A stretch of 18,642 bases of DNA from an uncultured Bacteriovoracaceae bacterium (GCA_964012805.1 CAXGUD010000060.1:1-18642); one strand, 5' to 3'. Shown: positions 8,301-17,308, counted from the first letter of the stretch. A program made the numbers and translations. The notes: generated by a model not told the origin, from the sequence alone.

Positions 8301-9472
8301 ATGGTAGCGCTTATTGTTGGGGAGAAAATCGACTAGGGCAATTAGAACCTCCAAAAAATGAGTCTTTTAATAGTATTTCATTGGGTCACGATCATGCATG
8401 TGGAGTTACTCAAGACAAAAAAATTAGGTGTTGGGGAAATAATGCTCTAAACAAAGCAACTCCACCTGATAACGATGATTTGTTTTTTATTGTTTCAGCA
8501 GGTTTTGGCCATACATGCGCCTTAAGAATCGATGGAGGAGCTGTTTGCTGGGGAAGTAATAAATTTAAAGAAAGTACACCTCCTGATTCCTGGTCTGAAA
8601 GGTCCTTCATCGCACTTTCTGCAGGCTTCAATAGAACATGTGCTATAAACACTGGAGGCGTTATTTCTTGTTGGGGTCAACTCCATAATGATAATAGTTT
8701 TTTAGAGAACGCTAACCTCAACAAAGGTTTTCGCTACGTATCTACCTATAGAGGCCACACATGCGGGATTAAGTCTAATGGCAATATGAGGTGCTGGGGT
8801 GACAGTAGAATTAAGAAATTAATTCCTCCAACACCCTTTTGCGAATCTGACTACATGTGGTCAAAATCCGAAAAAATGTGTGTTAAGGTAGACGATGGCC
8901 TGTGTGACTTTTCAAAAGAGTATTTTGATAAAGAATATAAAATATGCCTTGATAAAGTTGATTGCCCTGAAAAATTCATAACCGAAAAAGAACCTACAAG
9001 AACGGAAAACAGGATATGCAAATTAAAAGAAGACCCAAGAGATGGTTGGGACTGTCATTTTTCTTGTGCAGGTGATAATAGTGATCCATTTGATTGCAAG
9101 CCTAAGGGGTATAAAGATGTCAAAAATGGAGACTGGAAAGATCGATTAGATACGTTTGCTGTTTGTTACACTTTATACAGGCTGTCAGAACAGGAATATG
9201 CAAAGAAGTTGAAGCTTGATTATTTTCATGATCAACTTTGTGACTTACACCTATTTTATGGAATGTGTTGGGAAGGAAGCTCAAGGGATGAGTGTATTAA
9301 TCCTAAAGATTTTATCACTGAACTTAAATGTAAAGCATTCGTAGAACTTGAAGATCTTTATTCAGATATTATGGATGAACAAACCAAAATTAAAAAAGAT
9401 GTTAGAAAATACCAAAAAAATAGAAATAAGATTATTAATCAGAGTGATATTTTTACCGATGACGACATTTAG
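5309..9472 (+). CDS. Large secreted Cys-rich fibre/adhesin-like protein: coiled coil, TNFR-like Cys repeats, two RCC1-like beta-propellers, Cys-rich C-terminal domain
   Basis: ATG at 5309 lies 6 nt after GGAAGG. Hydrophobic N-terminus, Cys-periodic coiled coil (5429-6223) and four 24-aa repeats (6239-6526). Fourteen C-X9-C-[WFY] blades fall in two sets of seven (6752-7603 and 7982-8800), resembling RCC1/BLIP-II repeats such as VSAGFGHTCALRIDGGAVCWG. Confidence 0.88.
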   Translation: MNIFSLYIKIILFIILSFNSKMILGASKPAKCITKKMIQDCNNKVNKCVEKEVSCLNEEKRLQTVLLEKLYQSDRIEKDLGICDEDKEACNNSKSLLNSDLEKLRSEKIKIDEKVKKCKKSVTQSCNEEKVEKNKKENLDKSLNNHLSNFYNCEGKQKKCLSSLKSNQKIFDHYISEQTKINTPLRKCEEDQSTCQKNSKKEEIKNLEVEYEERFIKLNSCYKSLASKRDECIIDSAAIISKNNVLKNDLNTKKIVIEAKRENYKKAIEKMNLIKSQKLQMAEEKTEISCGSNTRKVNINGVLHCLGYTDCKDDEYISSEGNEFLDRTCSKITPCKENEWVSKAATLDSDQICSPLTECKEGEWVSKVKSKNSDRECSPITKCTENEYISSPATLTSDNICSPQVVCEPYEILVKQGSGNKCIKPTSCGEGKFNEITNLPPNGSSCKDLKICGENQYISELSNYLEVPKNEISLICKETRSTLSVGRYLTCLLNKDNQPLCFDSYGKDQGFYGMLKDTENPWTSIQIEKSEKPGIHFCGIKQNGSIRCYTNISGRKALEKKTYQIEGGPFSNFSIAHEGQWICAIKKNKKIQCWNENGPIESPPDEQNNDFISVEAAFYHTCGLKGNGKVYCWWSSKKNKPFLNWKNFFRDINNSSENKNFIKLAVSHNVTCGLKKDGTLKCWGDNAWEGLNIPEENEGFVDLTGGSRAFCALKSSGKPFCWGFIFKWGKYNILMPENEKRYKSIKVGFKNICGIETDGKVSCFGHYGDNEVPKENGEKGNESDQLFDVADTRCKQEKEKIIISDHVCDGIPECGADSFFNLKTKKCQEAKKCDLGKTVSNPTLIEDRVCKKRPSCLKSYKYDPSGWGHFEKKGADPGTISHYLSCMSENKTLSTNQYHSCAINNEDKINCWGENENPLLKENLLIDPFKTWEQNDKSNYQMVSTSSNHSCGLKDDGSIYCWGNENNSKNLLNIPADENNNFISVSTGSFFNCGLKSDGSAYCWGENRLGQLEPPKNESFNSISLGHDHACGVTQDKKIRCWGNNALNKATPPDNDDLFFIVSAGFGHTCALRIDGGAVCWGSNKFKESTPPDSWSERSFIALSAGFNRTCAINTGGVISCWGQLHNDNSFLENANLNKGFRYVSTYRGHTCGIKSNGNMRCWGDSRIKKLIPPTPFCESDYMWSKSEKMCVKVDDGLCDFSKEYFDKEYKICLDKVDCPEKFITEKEPTRTENRICKLKEDPRDGWDCHFSCAGDNSDPFDCKPKGYKDVKNGDWKDRLDTFAVCYTLYRLSEQEYAKKLKLDYFHDQLCDLHLFYGMCWEGSSRDECINPKDFITELKCKAFVELEDLYSDIMDEQTKIKKDVRKYQKNRNKIINQSDIFTDDDI
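6239..6526 (+). repeat. Four tandem 72-bp / 24-aa Cys repeats (C-x-E-x-E-[YW]-[IV]-S-x7-D-x-x-C-S-x4)
   Basis: CKDDEYISSEGNEFLDRTCSKITP / CKENEWVSKAATLDSDQICSPLTE / CKEGEWVSKVKSKNSDRECSPITK / CTENEYISSPATLTSDNICSPQVV. Degenerate copies occur later (TLIEDRVC, TRTENRIC). Confidence 0.92.
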
Positions 9473-9668
9473 ATGTTTAGATTTTTCCTTTTAAAATTTA
9501 ATTCACCTTTTTTCATTACTTATAATTCATTTAAAATGTTTTTTCTAACTATATGCGTTTAAGTGAATTTCAAGAATATTTCCCTTAGGTTTTTTAAAAT
9601 TAAATCGATAATTTATACCTAAAATCCATAAAATAATTTTATCAAAAAAGATTGAAGGAATTTTAAAA

Positions 9669-10811
9669 ATGAAAAAGTTCTTAATAGGATCCTTCTCAGT
9701 TTTAATTTTCATTATGACTTCTTTATTTTTCACAGTAATGATTATTTTTCAGGATCCTGAGTTTGGAGGAAATCCAAAAAAAGAGAGAAAACTTCTTTTA
9801 AACTCTTCGAAAAACTTTAAAGAAGACAGCTTTCAAAATACCGTTAAGAAAAGAAATTATGACTTTTGGGTCAATATACGAGAAATGATGGGGGATCAAA
9901 TAAGAAGGCCTCCAGGTCCTTTTCCTTTGATTAAACCAAAATTTGATAAAACAGTTTCAAAGGGATTAAGGGCCATATGGTTTGGTCATGCAAGTGTCTT
10001 AGTCGAAATTGATGGATACAGAGTCTTTTTTGATCCTATGCTTTCAGAAGCTGCCTTTCCTGTTAATACCATTGCTCCAAAAAGAATGAACCCCCCTCCT
10101 ATGAAACTTAAGGAATTACCAAAGATCGATGCCGTCATTATAAGTCATGATCATTTTGACCACCTCGATATGAAAAGTGTGAAACACCTTGATAAATTAG
10201 GTGCCCACTTTTTTGTGGGGCTTGGAGTTGGTGCTCATCTTGAAAAATGGAAGATTAAACTAAGTAAAATTACAGAACTCGATTGGGGAGGAAAAGCAAG
10301 GTTTAAAGGTTTAACAATTCATTGCACAGAAGCTCGCCACTACTCTGGGAGAAAATCTATGAGTAATGACAGTCTTTGGACCTCATGGGTAGTTAAAGGT
10401 CCTGACCATTCTGTTTTCCATAGTGGAGATACAGGCTTTTCACCGCATTTTAAAAAAATTGGAGAAAGGTTTCCTGGAATTGATTTGAGTTTAATAAAAG
10501 TTGGAGATTATGGTATGGACCTTGGCTGGCAAGATATTCACATGATTCCAGAAAACTCAATCAGATCGCACAAACATATTGGGGCAAAAATCATGCTGCC
10601 AATCCACTGGGGTGTTTTTCAGCTCTCTTACCATCCATGGAATGAACCCATCGAAAGGACCGTTGCCTCTGCCAAAAAAAATAATATAAAGCTCATAACC
10701 CCAAAAATAGGTGAGACAATTCAAATTGGAAAACCCATTAAAAACGAATTTTGGTGGAGGTCTTTAAAAAAACCTAAAACCCTCCCAAAAGATAGCGGGA
10801 CAAAAGAGTAG
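9669..10811 (+). CDS. MBL-fold metallo-hydrolase, NAPE-PLD/RomA-like, N-terminally anchored
   Basis: WFGHAS, FDP, ISHDHFDHLD (HxHxDH), ARHYSGR, FHSGDTG and PIHWG motifs, plus an N-terminal hydrophobic helix. Confidence 0.92.
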   Translation: MKKFLIGSFSVLIFIMTSLFFTVMIIFQDPEFGGNPKKERKLLLNSSKNFKEDSFQNTVKKRNYDFWVNIREMMGDQIRRPPGPFPLIKPKFDKTVSKGLRAIWFGHASVLVEIDGYRVFFDPMLSEAAFPVNTIAPKRMNPPPMKLKELPKIDAVIISHDHFDHLDMKSVKHLDKLGAHFFVGLGVGAHLEKWKIKLSKITELDWGGKARFKGLTIHCTEARHYSGRKSMSNDSLWTSWVVKGPDHSVFHSGDTGFSPHFKKIGERFPGIDLSLIKVGDYGMDLGWQDIHMIPENSIRSHKHIGAKIMLPIHWGVFQLSYHPWNEPIERTVASAKKNNIKLITPKIGETIQIGKPIKNEFWWRSLKKPKTLPKDSGTKE

Positions 10812-11388
10812 TCAGCTCACTTTCCAATACACCATTTTTGAGGTTTTGAGGACACTCCAAAAGAACGTTATGAGTGAGAGATTCACAAACATTCACAAGC
10901 ACAAAACTAGTAAACTCGAAATTTTGAATATGACATTCGTCTCTTTTCTCAAAAAAAAGCTGAGCAAGAAGGGCCCTTAGTTTGTGGTTACGGAGGGCCT
11001 TTTCATCTTCTGGAAGGAATTGATTTCTATGCTCTAAAAGCGCCATCCAAGTCTCGGGGCTTTTTTGAATATGGGAAATAAGGCCCTTAACAAAAAGAGA
11101 AATCGCATCCTTTAATGGTAAAGTCCTAAGGGTATGAAGCATCTCTTCAATATTTTCATATAATGAATTAGAAAAGCGGCGCTGAAGTTCTATGAAAACG
11201 GACTCTTTATTTGGGAAATATTGATAAAGAGTTCCAACAGAAACTCCGGCCCTTTTGGCGATGACATGAGTCGTTGTTTTTTGAAGACCATCTGCAACTA
11301 AAACCTGACCTGCGGCCTGAATAACAGCATCCACAGTATGCCTTGAACGGCCTTGAATTGGGTGCTTACGGGGACTTAGGGGCTTCAT
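10774..11388 (-). CDS. TetR/AcrR family transcriptional regulator
   Basis: PRKHPIQGRSRHTVDAVIQAA...TTTHVIAKRAGVSVGTLYQYFPNKE is a canonical TetR HTH. GGAG lies upstream on the minus strand. Confidence 0.95.
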   Translation of the reverse strand: MKPLSPRKHPIQGRSRHTVDAVIQAAGQVLVADGLQKTTTHVIAKRAGVSVGTLYQYFPNKESVFIELQRRFSNSLYENIEEMLHTLRTLPLKDAISLFVKGLISHIQKSPETWMALLEHRNQFLPEDEKALRNHKLRALLAQLFFEKRDECHIQNFEFTSFVLVNVCESLTHNVLLECPQNLKNGVLESELTTLLSRYLLGGF

Positions 11389-11402
11389 AAAAACTGAACT
11401 CC

Positions 11403-11437
11403 AATGCGACTAGTAAAACTGACAGATCATTCATATT
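11403..11437. promoter_or_regulatory. Candidate TetR operator / divergent promoter
   Basis: Short spacer between the divergent tetR and desaturase starts, with a weak imperfect inverted repeat AATGCGACT...ATTCATATT. Supported mainly by position. Confidence 0.3.
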
Positions 11438-11467
11438 ATGCCGCCAAGATGTTGTCGAGGAGTTATT

Positions 11468-12295
11468 ATGAATTTTCTTCAATTAAACTGGGACGGATTA
11501 ACAGAAGCGGTTTTTTTTAGTGCAGGGCTAAACTATATAAGATATTTTTTTATGGCCGGCTTGGTCTACTATCTTTTTTTTCATAGGCCCCCTACTTGGC
11601 TTAAGCCACTAGAGATTTCAAAGAGTAAAAGACCTCTTCCTCAAAATAAAAGAGATGTATTTTATTCTTTTTTATCTATTTCTATTTTTGGCATTGTGGG
11701 CATTTTAACTTATATGATGGAAAAAGCTGGATGGACACAGCTTTATAAGAACGTAGACGAATATGGATGGGCGTGGTGGTTTCTTTCATTACCAGTTATG
11801 GTCTTTATTCATGATACTTACTTTTATTGGACACATTATCTGATGCATAATAAAAAGTTATTTCCTTATTTTCATAAGGTTCACCACTTATCCAAAAATC
11901 CTACACCTTTAACGAGTTATGCTTTCCACCCTTTAGAGGCCGTCGTAGAAGCTGGTATTTATCCTTTACTTGCTATAATAATTCCTCTCCATCAAGGGGC
12001 CCTTCTAATCTTTTTCACATTTGCTTTTGCCTATAATATTTTAGGACATCTAGGCCATGAGTTATATCCAGCTTGGTTTATTCATTCACCTTTTGGAAAA
12101 ATATTTACAACAACTACACATCACCACCAACACCATCAAAAGTTTAACTGCAATTACGGATATTATTTTACTATTTGGGATAGACTTATTAAGACAAACC
12201 ATCAAGATTATGAGATTTTTTTTCGAAAGAATAGTACGGATTCATCACAAATTAAAAGACTAAATATATCGGAAAAGAATGTTTTAAAAAAATAA
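11468..12295 (+). CDS. Sterol desaturase / fatty acid hydroxylase superfamily membrane protein
   Basis: His boxes HDTYFYWTHYLMH, FHKVHH, AFHPLE, GHLGHE and HHHQHH, plus NYGYYFTIWDRL and several TM segments. ATG at 11468 follows GAGGAG (11457-11462), so it is preferred over 11438. Confidence 0.93.
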   Translation: MNFLQLNWDGLTEAVFFSAGLNYIRYFFMAGLVYYLFFHRPPTWLKPLEISKSKRPLPQNKRDVFYSFLSISIFGIVGILTYMMEKAGWTQLYKNVDEYGWAWWFLSLPVMVFIHDTYFYWTHYLMHNKKLFPYFHKVHHLSKNPTPLTSYAFHPLEAVVEAGIYPLLAIIIPLHQGALLIFFTFAFAYNILGHLGHELYPAWFIHSPFGKIFTTTTHHHQHHQKFNCNYGYYFTIWDRLIKTNHQDYEIFFRKNSTDSSQIKRLNISEKNVLKK

Positions 12296-12322
12296 TAAAC
12301 TTTGCGAAAAGTATAACGATAG
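12296..12322 (+). promoter_or_regulatory. Candidate sigma-28 (FliA)-type promoter for the beta-barrel gene
   Basis: TAAACTTT-N11-AACGATAG compared with the enterobacterial consensus TAAAGTTT-N11-GCCGATAA. Confidence 0.4.
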
Positions 12323-12402
12323 GTTTCCTATATTTCTCATTAATTTTTTTATTATTTAGTATTTTTTTTTGGCAAATATATAAGAATTTTAAGAGGTTCC
12401 TT

Positions 12403-13047
12403 GTGAAAAATTTAGTTAGGGTTTTTATAATTTTTAACCTTTTAATAAACTTTTCTTATGCCCAAGAAAACCAAGAAGGCAAAAAAGGCAACGAAGAAGA
12501 TCAAAAGGAAACAGAAGGTCCCTCAAAAGAAAAGGAAAAAATTAATTGGTCATCACCAAAATTATATAATATTAGAATTTCTCCCCTTAATTTACTGTTA
12601 GGTACGATTTCGGGAACAGCAGACTTTAAATTAAGGAGTGACCTGAGCGCTGGACCGAGCCTTTCTATCTTTTCATTAACTGTCGGTGAAACTACGGTAA
12701 GTTCATTTTCTTTTGGAGCAGAAGCCGTCTATGCAACAAGTGGCGATATAGAAAAGAAAGGATGGATTGGATCTGCCTACGCGAACTATGGTACATTCTC
12801 TATAAAAGAAACATACAGCTCAACAAACTATGAATCGTCTGTATCAATCTTAACACTAGGTGGTCTCTACGGATATCAATGGGTATGGGAGAAGGTGAAT
12901 GTTCAGACTGGAGCGGGACTAACTTTTTATTCAGGAGCGAGCACAATCGAACTAGAGTCTTCTTCTGGACAAACGAGATCCATAGCAAATCCTGTTGGAT
13001 CTGGAATAACCCTTGGGTTAAAGTTTACTGTGGGTTATAGGTTTTAA
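12403..13047 (+). CDS. Small outer-membrane beta-barrel protein (DUF3575-like)
   Basis: GTG start after AAGAGG, signal peptide ending SYA, a charged linker, alternating Gly/aromatic beta-strands (GGLYGYQWVW, VQTGAGLTFY) and a C-terminal BAM-type signal LKFTVGYRF. Confidence 0.8.
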   Translation: MKNLVRVFIIFNLLINFSYAQENQEGKKGNEEDQKETEGPSKEKEKINWSSPKLYNIRISPLNLLLGTISGTADFKLRSDLSAGPSLSIFSLTVGETTVSSFSFGAEAVYATSGDIEKKGWIGSAYANYGTFSIKETYSSTNYESSVSILTLGGLYGYQWVWEKVNVQTGAGLTFYSGASTIELESSSGQTRSIANPVGSGITLGLKFTVGYRF

Positions 13048-13085
13048 AAAAGTTGGGATGAAAAGTTAACCCAATAGCTCCTATT

Positions 13086-16000
13086 TCAAATAGAAAGGCT
13101 TATCTCACTTCCTCGACGCGAATTTTTGACATCAATCCGAAGAGGAATTTGATCCTTCAATTCAGTGACATGCGAAATAATCCCTATTGAGCGCCCAGAA
13201 GTATGTAAATCCTTAAGGGTATCAATGGCCAATTGTAGAGACTCTGGATCCAAACTACCAAACCCCTCATCAATAAAGAGTGTCTCTATTTGAATGCCTC
13301 CAGATCTTCTTTGAACAATATCTGATAAGGCCAATGCCAGAGATAAGGAGGCAAGGAAAGATTCACCACCAGAGAGTGTTTTAACAGGCCTTTGTTTACC
13401 TGTATAAAAGTCATCTACAGCAAGATCCAAACCAGCAGAAACAACCTTATTTTGCTTTTGTCCATCCAAACGAATTAGCCGGTATTGACCTTTGCTCATT
13501 TTATATAACCTTTCGCTTGCAACCTGTAAAACTCTGTCAAGAAGGTCCATTAATACAAACCTCTCTAAACTAATTTTGGACAGACCTAGCTTTCCTGAAG
13601 CCATATCAGCAAGGGTCCCAACTAACTCACTTTTGTCTTCAATTTCTTTAATTGTTTTTTGCAAATCAAAAACTATGTTTTTGGCTTCTTCTAATTTCTT
13701 TTTCTTGCCTTCTATTTTGACCCATAAAGTTTCTTTTTGATTAAACCAATGAATGGATTGCCTATAGTTTTCTTCAAGCTCAGAAACTTTGGGTCGGTGT
13801 TTGCCACTTAATTGTTTTTCAAGACTTTCTTTCTCTCCTTTAAGTGTATTGAGGCTTTTTTCGAAGCTTTGGATTTCCTCTCTCCATAAATCTAAATTTA
13901 GAATATTTTCAGAAGCCTTTAAAAAGTCTTCTTTTTTCTTGAAAGGGCTTTTTTCAAATTCAGTACTCCAATCCAGCGATGCTAATTCAAGCTCTTCCTC
14001 GCTTACTTTATGGTCTTTTTCCCGCAACTTTAAATTCTCACAGATTGCTGTAAAATTTTTACTCGCGATTTCTTGTTCTCTTTTTGATTTATCATATTGA
14101 AATTGAATTTCACTTATAAGTCTTTTATTTTTTTCTATATCTGCTTTCAATGCTATAAGGTTATAGTATTTTTCGGGCAAAAGTTTCTTAATACTGTCCA
14201 AATTATATTTCCATTTAACCGACTCTTCTTTTAATCGTGGCAAAACATTATCATTTAGATTTGATATTAACCTTTCATTTTCATTATAAATTCGATTAAG
14301 ATTTTCTTTTTTTTCAATAATCTTTTTCAGTCGAAGCCCTTTTTGTTCGACTTCGTTTAAAGTGCATTTTATTGAATCAAGTTTTTGTTCAAGAAATGGA
14401 ATCTCTTCCTTATAATCGCTACCCAATTCTTTTTTAATAAGTTCTTCACGCTCCTGAACTCTTTCAATTAAAGTTTTTATTTTCCCGATCCCTACAGCGG
14501 CTTTATTTTTTTCATTGATTAAGTTCCTTTCCTTTTTTCTTGCTTCCTCAACAACTTCTTTGTCCACTAGTTCAGTTTTTGAAATAGATGGCCTTGGGTG
14601 ATCTTCGCTCCCACAAACAGGGCAAGGTTCGCCTCTCTTTAATTTTTTTGCCAGTAATGAAGCCTGATTGCTATGCCAATTCATCTCTAACAGATCAGCT
14701 TCTTCTTGAGCTTTTATTAAACCTTCATTTATTTTGGAAAAGTTCTCCTCTAATAGACTCAATGATTGCTTTTTTTTATTCTTTATGTCCTCTAAATCAT
14801 TTAACTCTCTTTTTTTTGTCAATTTTCCTTGAAGGTCATTTTCTTTTTTTACTAATTCAGCCTTTTGTGAAAGAGTATTAGTTATACTATTTACTTCATT
14901 TTCTATATCTTTTAATTCTTCACTATTTTTCTTTTTTTCTTTTCTTAATTTTAAATAGTTAACTTCTTCTATTTCTAAAGATTTCTTTATTTCCTTATAT
15001 TTCAAAAATGTATTTTCCAAAGCGGTCGATTTTTCAAAAAAACTATTGAGCTCCACCCCTTTTGCAATAAAAGCATCTTTCTTTTTTAACAATGCTTCAG
15101 CTTTTAGGAAATTGGAGTTAGCGGCTTCTAGCTTCTGTTTACTTTTATTTCTTTCAATTTTAATGAAAGAAATATCTTTTTGAACACTTAAAATCTTTTT
15201 TTCGCAATCAGAATATCGATTAAAAGATATTTTAATTTTCCTTGCCTCTTCAGCTTCAAAAATTTTTTCTTTTATGAGTTCATTTTTTTTCTTTTTCTCT
15301 AAAGAATTACTAAATTCTTCTCTCTTTTGGTCTAAAAGGTAAAATGTTTTAAGAATGTTGTTGGCGATCTCTAGCTTGTTAGACGATTCTTCTCTCTTTT
15401 TTTGGGCCTTATCTTTCTCTTCTTTTGAAATTTTAAGGTTTTTTATCTCATCTTGAATAAGCTCATCAAGTTTATCAACCTCATTATATTTGAGATCAAA
15501 ACTTTTAAGAACACTATCAACCTTTGATTTATAGTGTTCATATTTTTTTATAATCTCTTTTGACTTTTCCTTTAAAAGAAGTTCAATCTCCTTAAACCTT
15601 TTTGTGCCAAAGAGAGTCGAAAGTATCTTTTGTCTCTCATCTGAAGAAGCCAAGAGTAATTCTCTAAACTTACCTTGCGGCAAAACCATAACTTGAGTGA
15701 ATTGATTTTTATCAAGACCTACAATTTGCTCAATTCTCTCTGTTGCTTCTTTCATTTTCCTGGGTACTAAAACCTCAAACTCATTCTCCCCCATTTTTAA
15801 TAGTTCAGCCTCTCCGGGTCTTTCTCTAAATCCCTCACCGACTTTTTTTCTTACCACTTGAGTTGGGGAACGAGTAATTTGATAAATAACTCCCCTTAGT
15901 TGAAATTTTAAAGTAACCAACGTTTCAATATCATCATCTGAAAAGTCACAGCGTAGTCCCTCATTATTTCTATCTTTGTCTGCCAGATCTCCATACAAGG

Positions 16001-16151
16001 CAAAGCTAATAGCATTTAAGATTGAAGATTTTCCTGCACCTGTAGGTCCATCAATTAAAAAAAGGGGATCTTCACCCAACTTATTAAATTCAATAATTTC
16101 TTGATTCCTAAAAGGGCCAAAGGCCTTCACTTTTAAACTTATTAGCTTCAT
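13086..16151 (-). CDS. sbcC: SbcCD nuclease ATPase subunit SbcC (Rad50-like)
   Basis: Walker A GPTGAGKS, Q-loop VLPQGKF, long coiled coils with the zinc hook CPVCGS, signature LSGGE, Walker B LFIDEGFGSLD and IISHV. Confidence 0.96.
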   Translation of the reverse strand: MKLISLKVKAFGPFRNQEIIEFNKLGEDPLFLIDGPTGAGKSSILNAISFALYGDLADKDRNNEGLRCDFSDDDIETLVTLKFQLRGVIYQITRSPTQVVRKKVGEGFRERPGEAELLKMGENEFEVLVPRKMKEATERIEQIVGLDKNQFTQVMVLPQGKFRELLLASSDERQKILSTLFGTKRFKEIELLLKEKSKEIIKKYEHYKSKVDSVLKSFDLKYNEVDKLDELIQDEIKNLKISKEEKDKAQKKREESSNKLEIANNILKTFYLLDQKREEFSNSLEKKKKNELIKEKIFEAEEARKIKISFNRYSDCEKKILSVQKDISFIKIERNKSKQKLEAANSNFLKAEALLKKKDAFIAKGVELNSFFEKSTALENTFLKYKEIKKSLEIEEVNYLKLRKEKKKNSEELKDIENEVNSITNTLSQKAELVKKENDLQGKLTKKRELNDLEDIKNKKKQSLSLLEENFSKINEGLIKAQEEADLLEMNWHSNQASLLAKKLKRGEPCPVCGSEDHPRPSISKTELVDKEVVEEARKKERNLINEKNKAAVGIGKIKTLIERVQEREELIKKELGSDYKEEIPFLEQKLDSIKCTLNEVEQKGLRLKKIIEKKENLNRIYNENERLISNLNDNVLPRLKEESVKWKYNLDSIKKLLPEKYYNLIALKADIEKNKRLISEIQFQYDKSKREQEIASKNFTAICENLKLREKDHKVSEEELELASLDWSTEFEKSPFKKKEDFLKASENILNLDLWREEIQSFEKSLNTLKGEKESLEKQLSGKHRPKVSELEENYRQSIHWFNQKETLWVKIEGKKKKLEEAKNIVFDLQKTIKEIEDKSELVGTLADMASGKLGLSKISLERFVLMDLLDRVLQVASERLYKMSKGQYRLIRLDGQKQNKVVSAGLDLAVDDFYTGKQRPVKTLSGGESFLASLSLALALSDIVQRRSGGIQIETLFIDEGFGSLDPESLQLAIDTLKDLHTSGRSIGIISHVTELKDQIPLRIDVKNSRRGSEISLSI

Positions 16152-17308
16152 AAGGAAACCCCTTCAGAATTGACTTTATCAATAATATTTTTCAAGTAAT
16201 CCATTTTTTTTGAAGGCATCTCTTCGTCAAAAATCTGATAGTAAAAATCTTTTATGACATCCAAATCATTTCTTTCCTTCGCTTCCAAATCTTGATTTTT
16301 TAATTCCGTATTACTTTGATAAGACTTTCGACCAATTTGTAAGATATTTGGATAAATATCCCTTAGCTTTCCCATGGGGTCTAAAAGGGCTCCCTTATCT
16401 TCTAGAAAACAAAAGATAAAATCATCTTTAAAAGGATCATTTTTGCCCCTTTCAATAATGTCTTGGAGCTTTCCTTTTATTTTTCTCACATTTCTTTTGG
16501 GCCTATAAATAAGGTTTTCTGCAGAGACAAATCCGTCTTCACCAATTTCTACAAGAACAACACTCTTCTCTTGCTTGGATTCAGAAAAAGAGTACTTTAA
16601 CAAACTACCTGAATAACGGATATGATTTTGCTCTCCTATAGTTTGAGGACTGTGAAGATGCCCTAAGGCCACATAATCAAAATCTTGAAGCGTTTCCCAG
16701 CCGATTCTATCTGAACCTCCTATGGATAATGACCTTTCTGACTCAGACACTTTGCCGTTATTTATAAAGCAGTGACTTAATAGAACACTTGGGATGGACT
16801 TTTCGTTTTGATTTCTATTCTCATTTATTTTACTGATTAAGAATCGATGGGCATCGTCGTAGGTTTTTACTTCAGTGCCATAGATTTCTTTTATTTCCGA
16901 GGGAGAATTATAAGGAATTCCATAGAAGTGGCAAACCTCTCCTTTTTTATTTTTTATTAAGACTGGCCTATCGATTTCCCTCAGGTTTCCTAAAATATGG
17001 AGTCCCTTTTTTGCCATAAAGCGGGATCCAAAGTTTAATCTTTCTAAACTATCGTGGTTTCCAGGTATCATAATAACCGGAATATTCATTTCAATTATAA
17101 AGGTTTCTAAAATATGATTAAGAGCATTAACAGCGTCTGAAGGAGGAAAGGCCCGGTCGTATATATCTCCAGATATAACGAGAGCATCAATGTTATGGTC
17201 TTTAGACAGCTCCTTTATTTTATCTATGGCGTAGATTTGGTCTTCTAATAGACTAACATTGTGGAAAAGCCTTCCTATATGCCAATCAGATGTGTGTATA
17301 AACTTCAT
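16148..17308 (-). CDS. sbcD: SbcCD nuclease subunit SbcD (Mre11-like)
   Basis: HTSDWHIG, SGDIYD, PGNHDS, ALGHLH and RYSGS motifs. ATG at 17308 follows GGAG. ATGA overlap with sbcC at 16148-16151. Confidence 0.96.
   Translation of the reverse strand: MKFIHTSDWHIGRLFHNVSLLEDQIYAIDKIKELSKDHNIDALVISGDIYDRAFPPSDAVNALNHILETFIIEMNIPVIMIPGNHDSLERLNFGSRFMAKKGLHILGNLREIDRPVLIKNKKGEVCHFYGIPYNSPSEIKEIYGTEVKTYDDAHRFLISKINENRNQNEKSIPSVLLSHCFINNGKVSESERSLSIGGSDRIGWETLQDFDYVALGHLHSPQTIGEQNHIRYSGSLLKYSFSESKQEKSVVLVEIGEDGFVSAENLIYRPKRNVRKIKGKLQDIIERGKNDPFKDDFIFCFLEDKGALLDPMGKLRDIYPNILQIGRKSYQSNTELKNQDLEAKERNDLDVIKDFYYQIFDEEMPSKKMDYLKNIIDKVNSEGVSL

Noticed and set aside
9669..10811. MBL-fold gene as a beta-lactamase resistance gene
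   Set aside because: The motif context (WFGHAS, RHYSGR, GDTG, PIHWG) fits the NAPE-PLD/RomA-like group, not B1-B3 beta-lactamases.
13086..17308. sbcDC as an anti-phage SMC system (Wadjet/Lamassu)
   Set aside because: It is a canonical SbcD phosphoesterase plus zinc-hook SbcC with no accessory defence genes, i.e. ordinary DNA repair.
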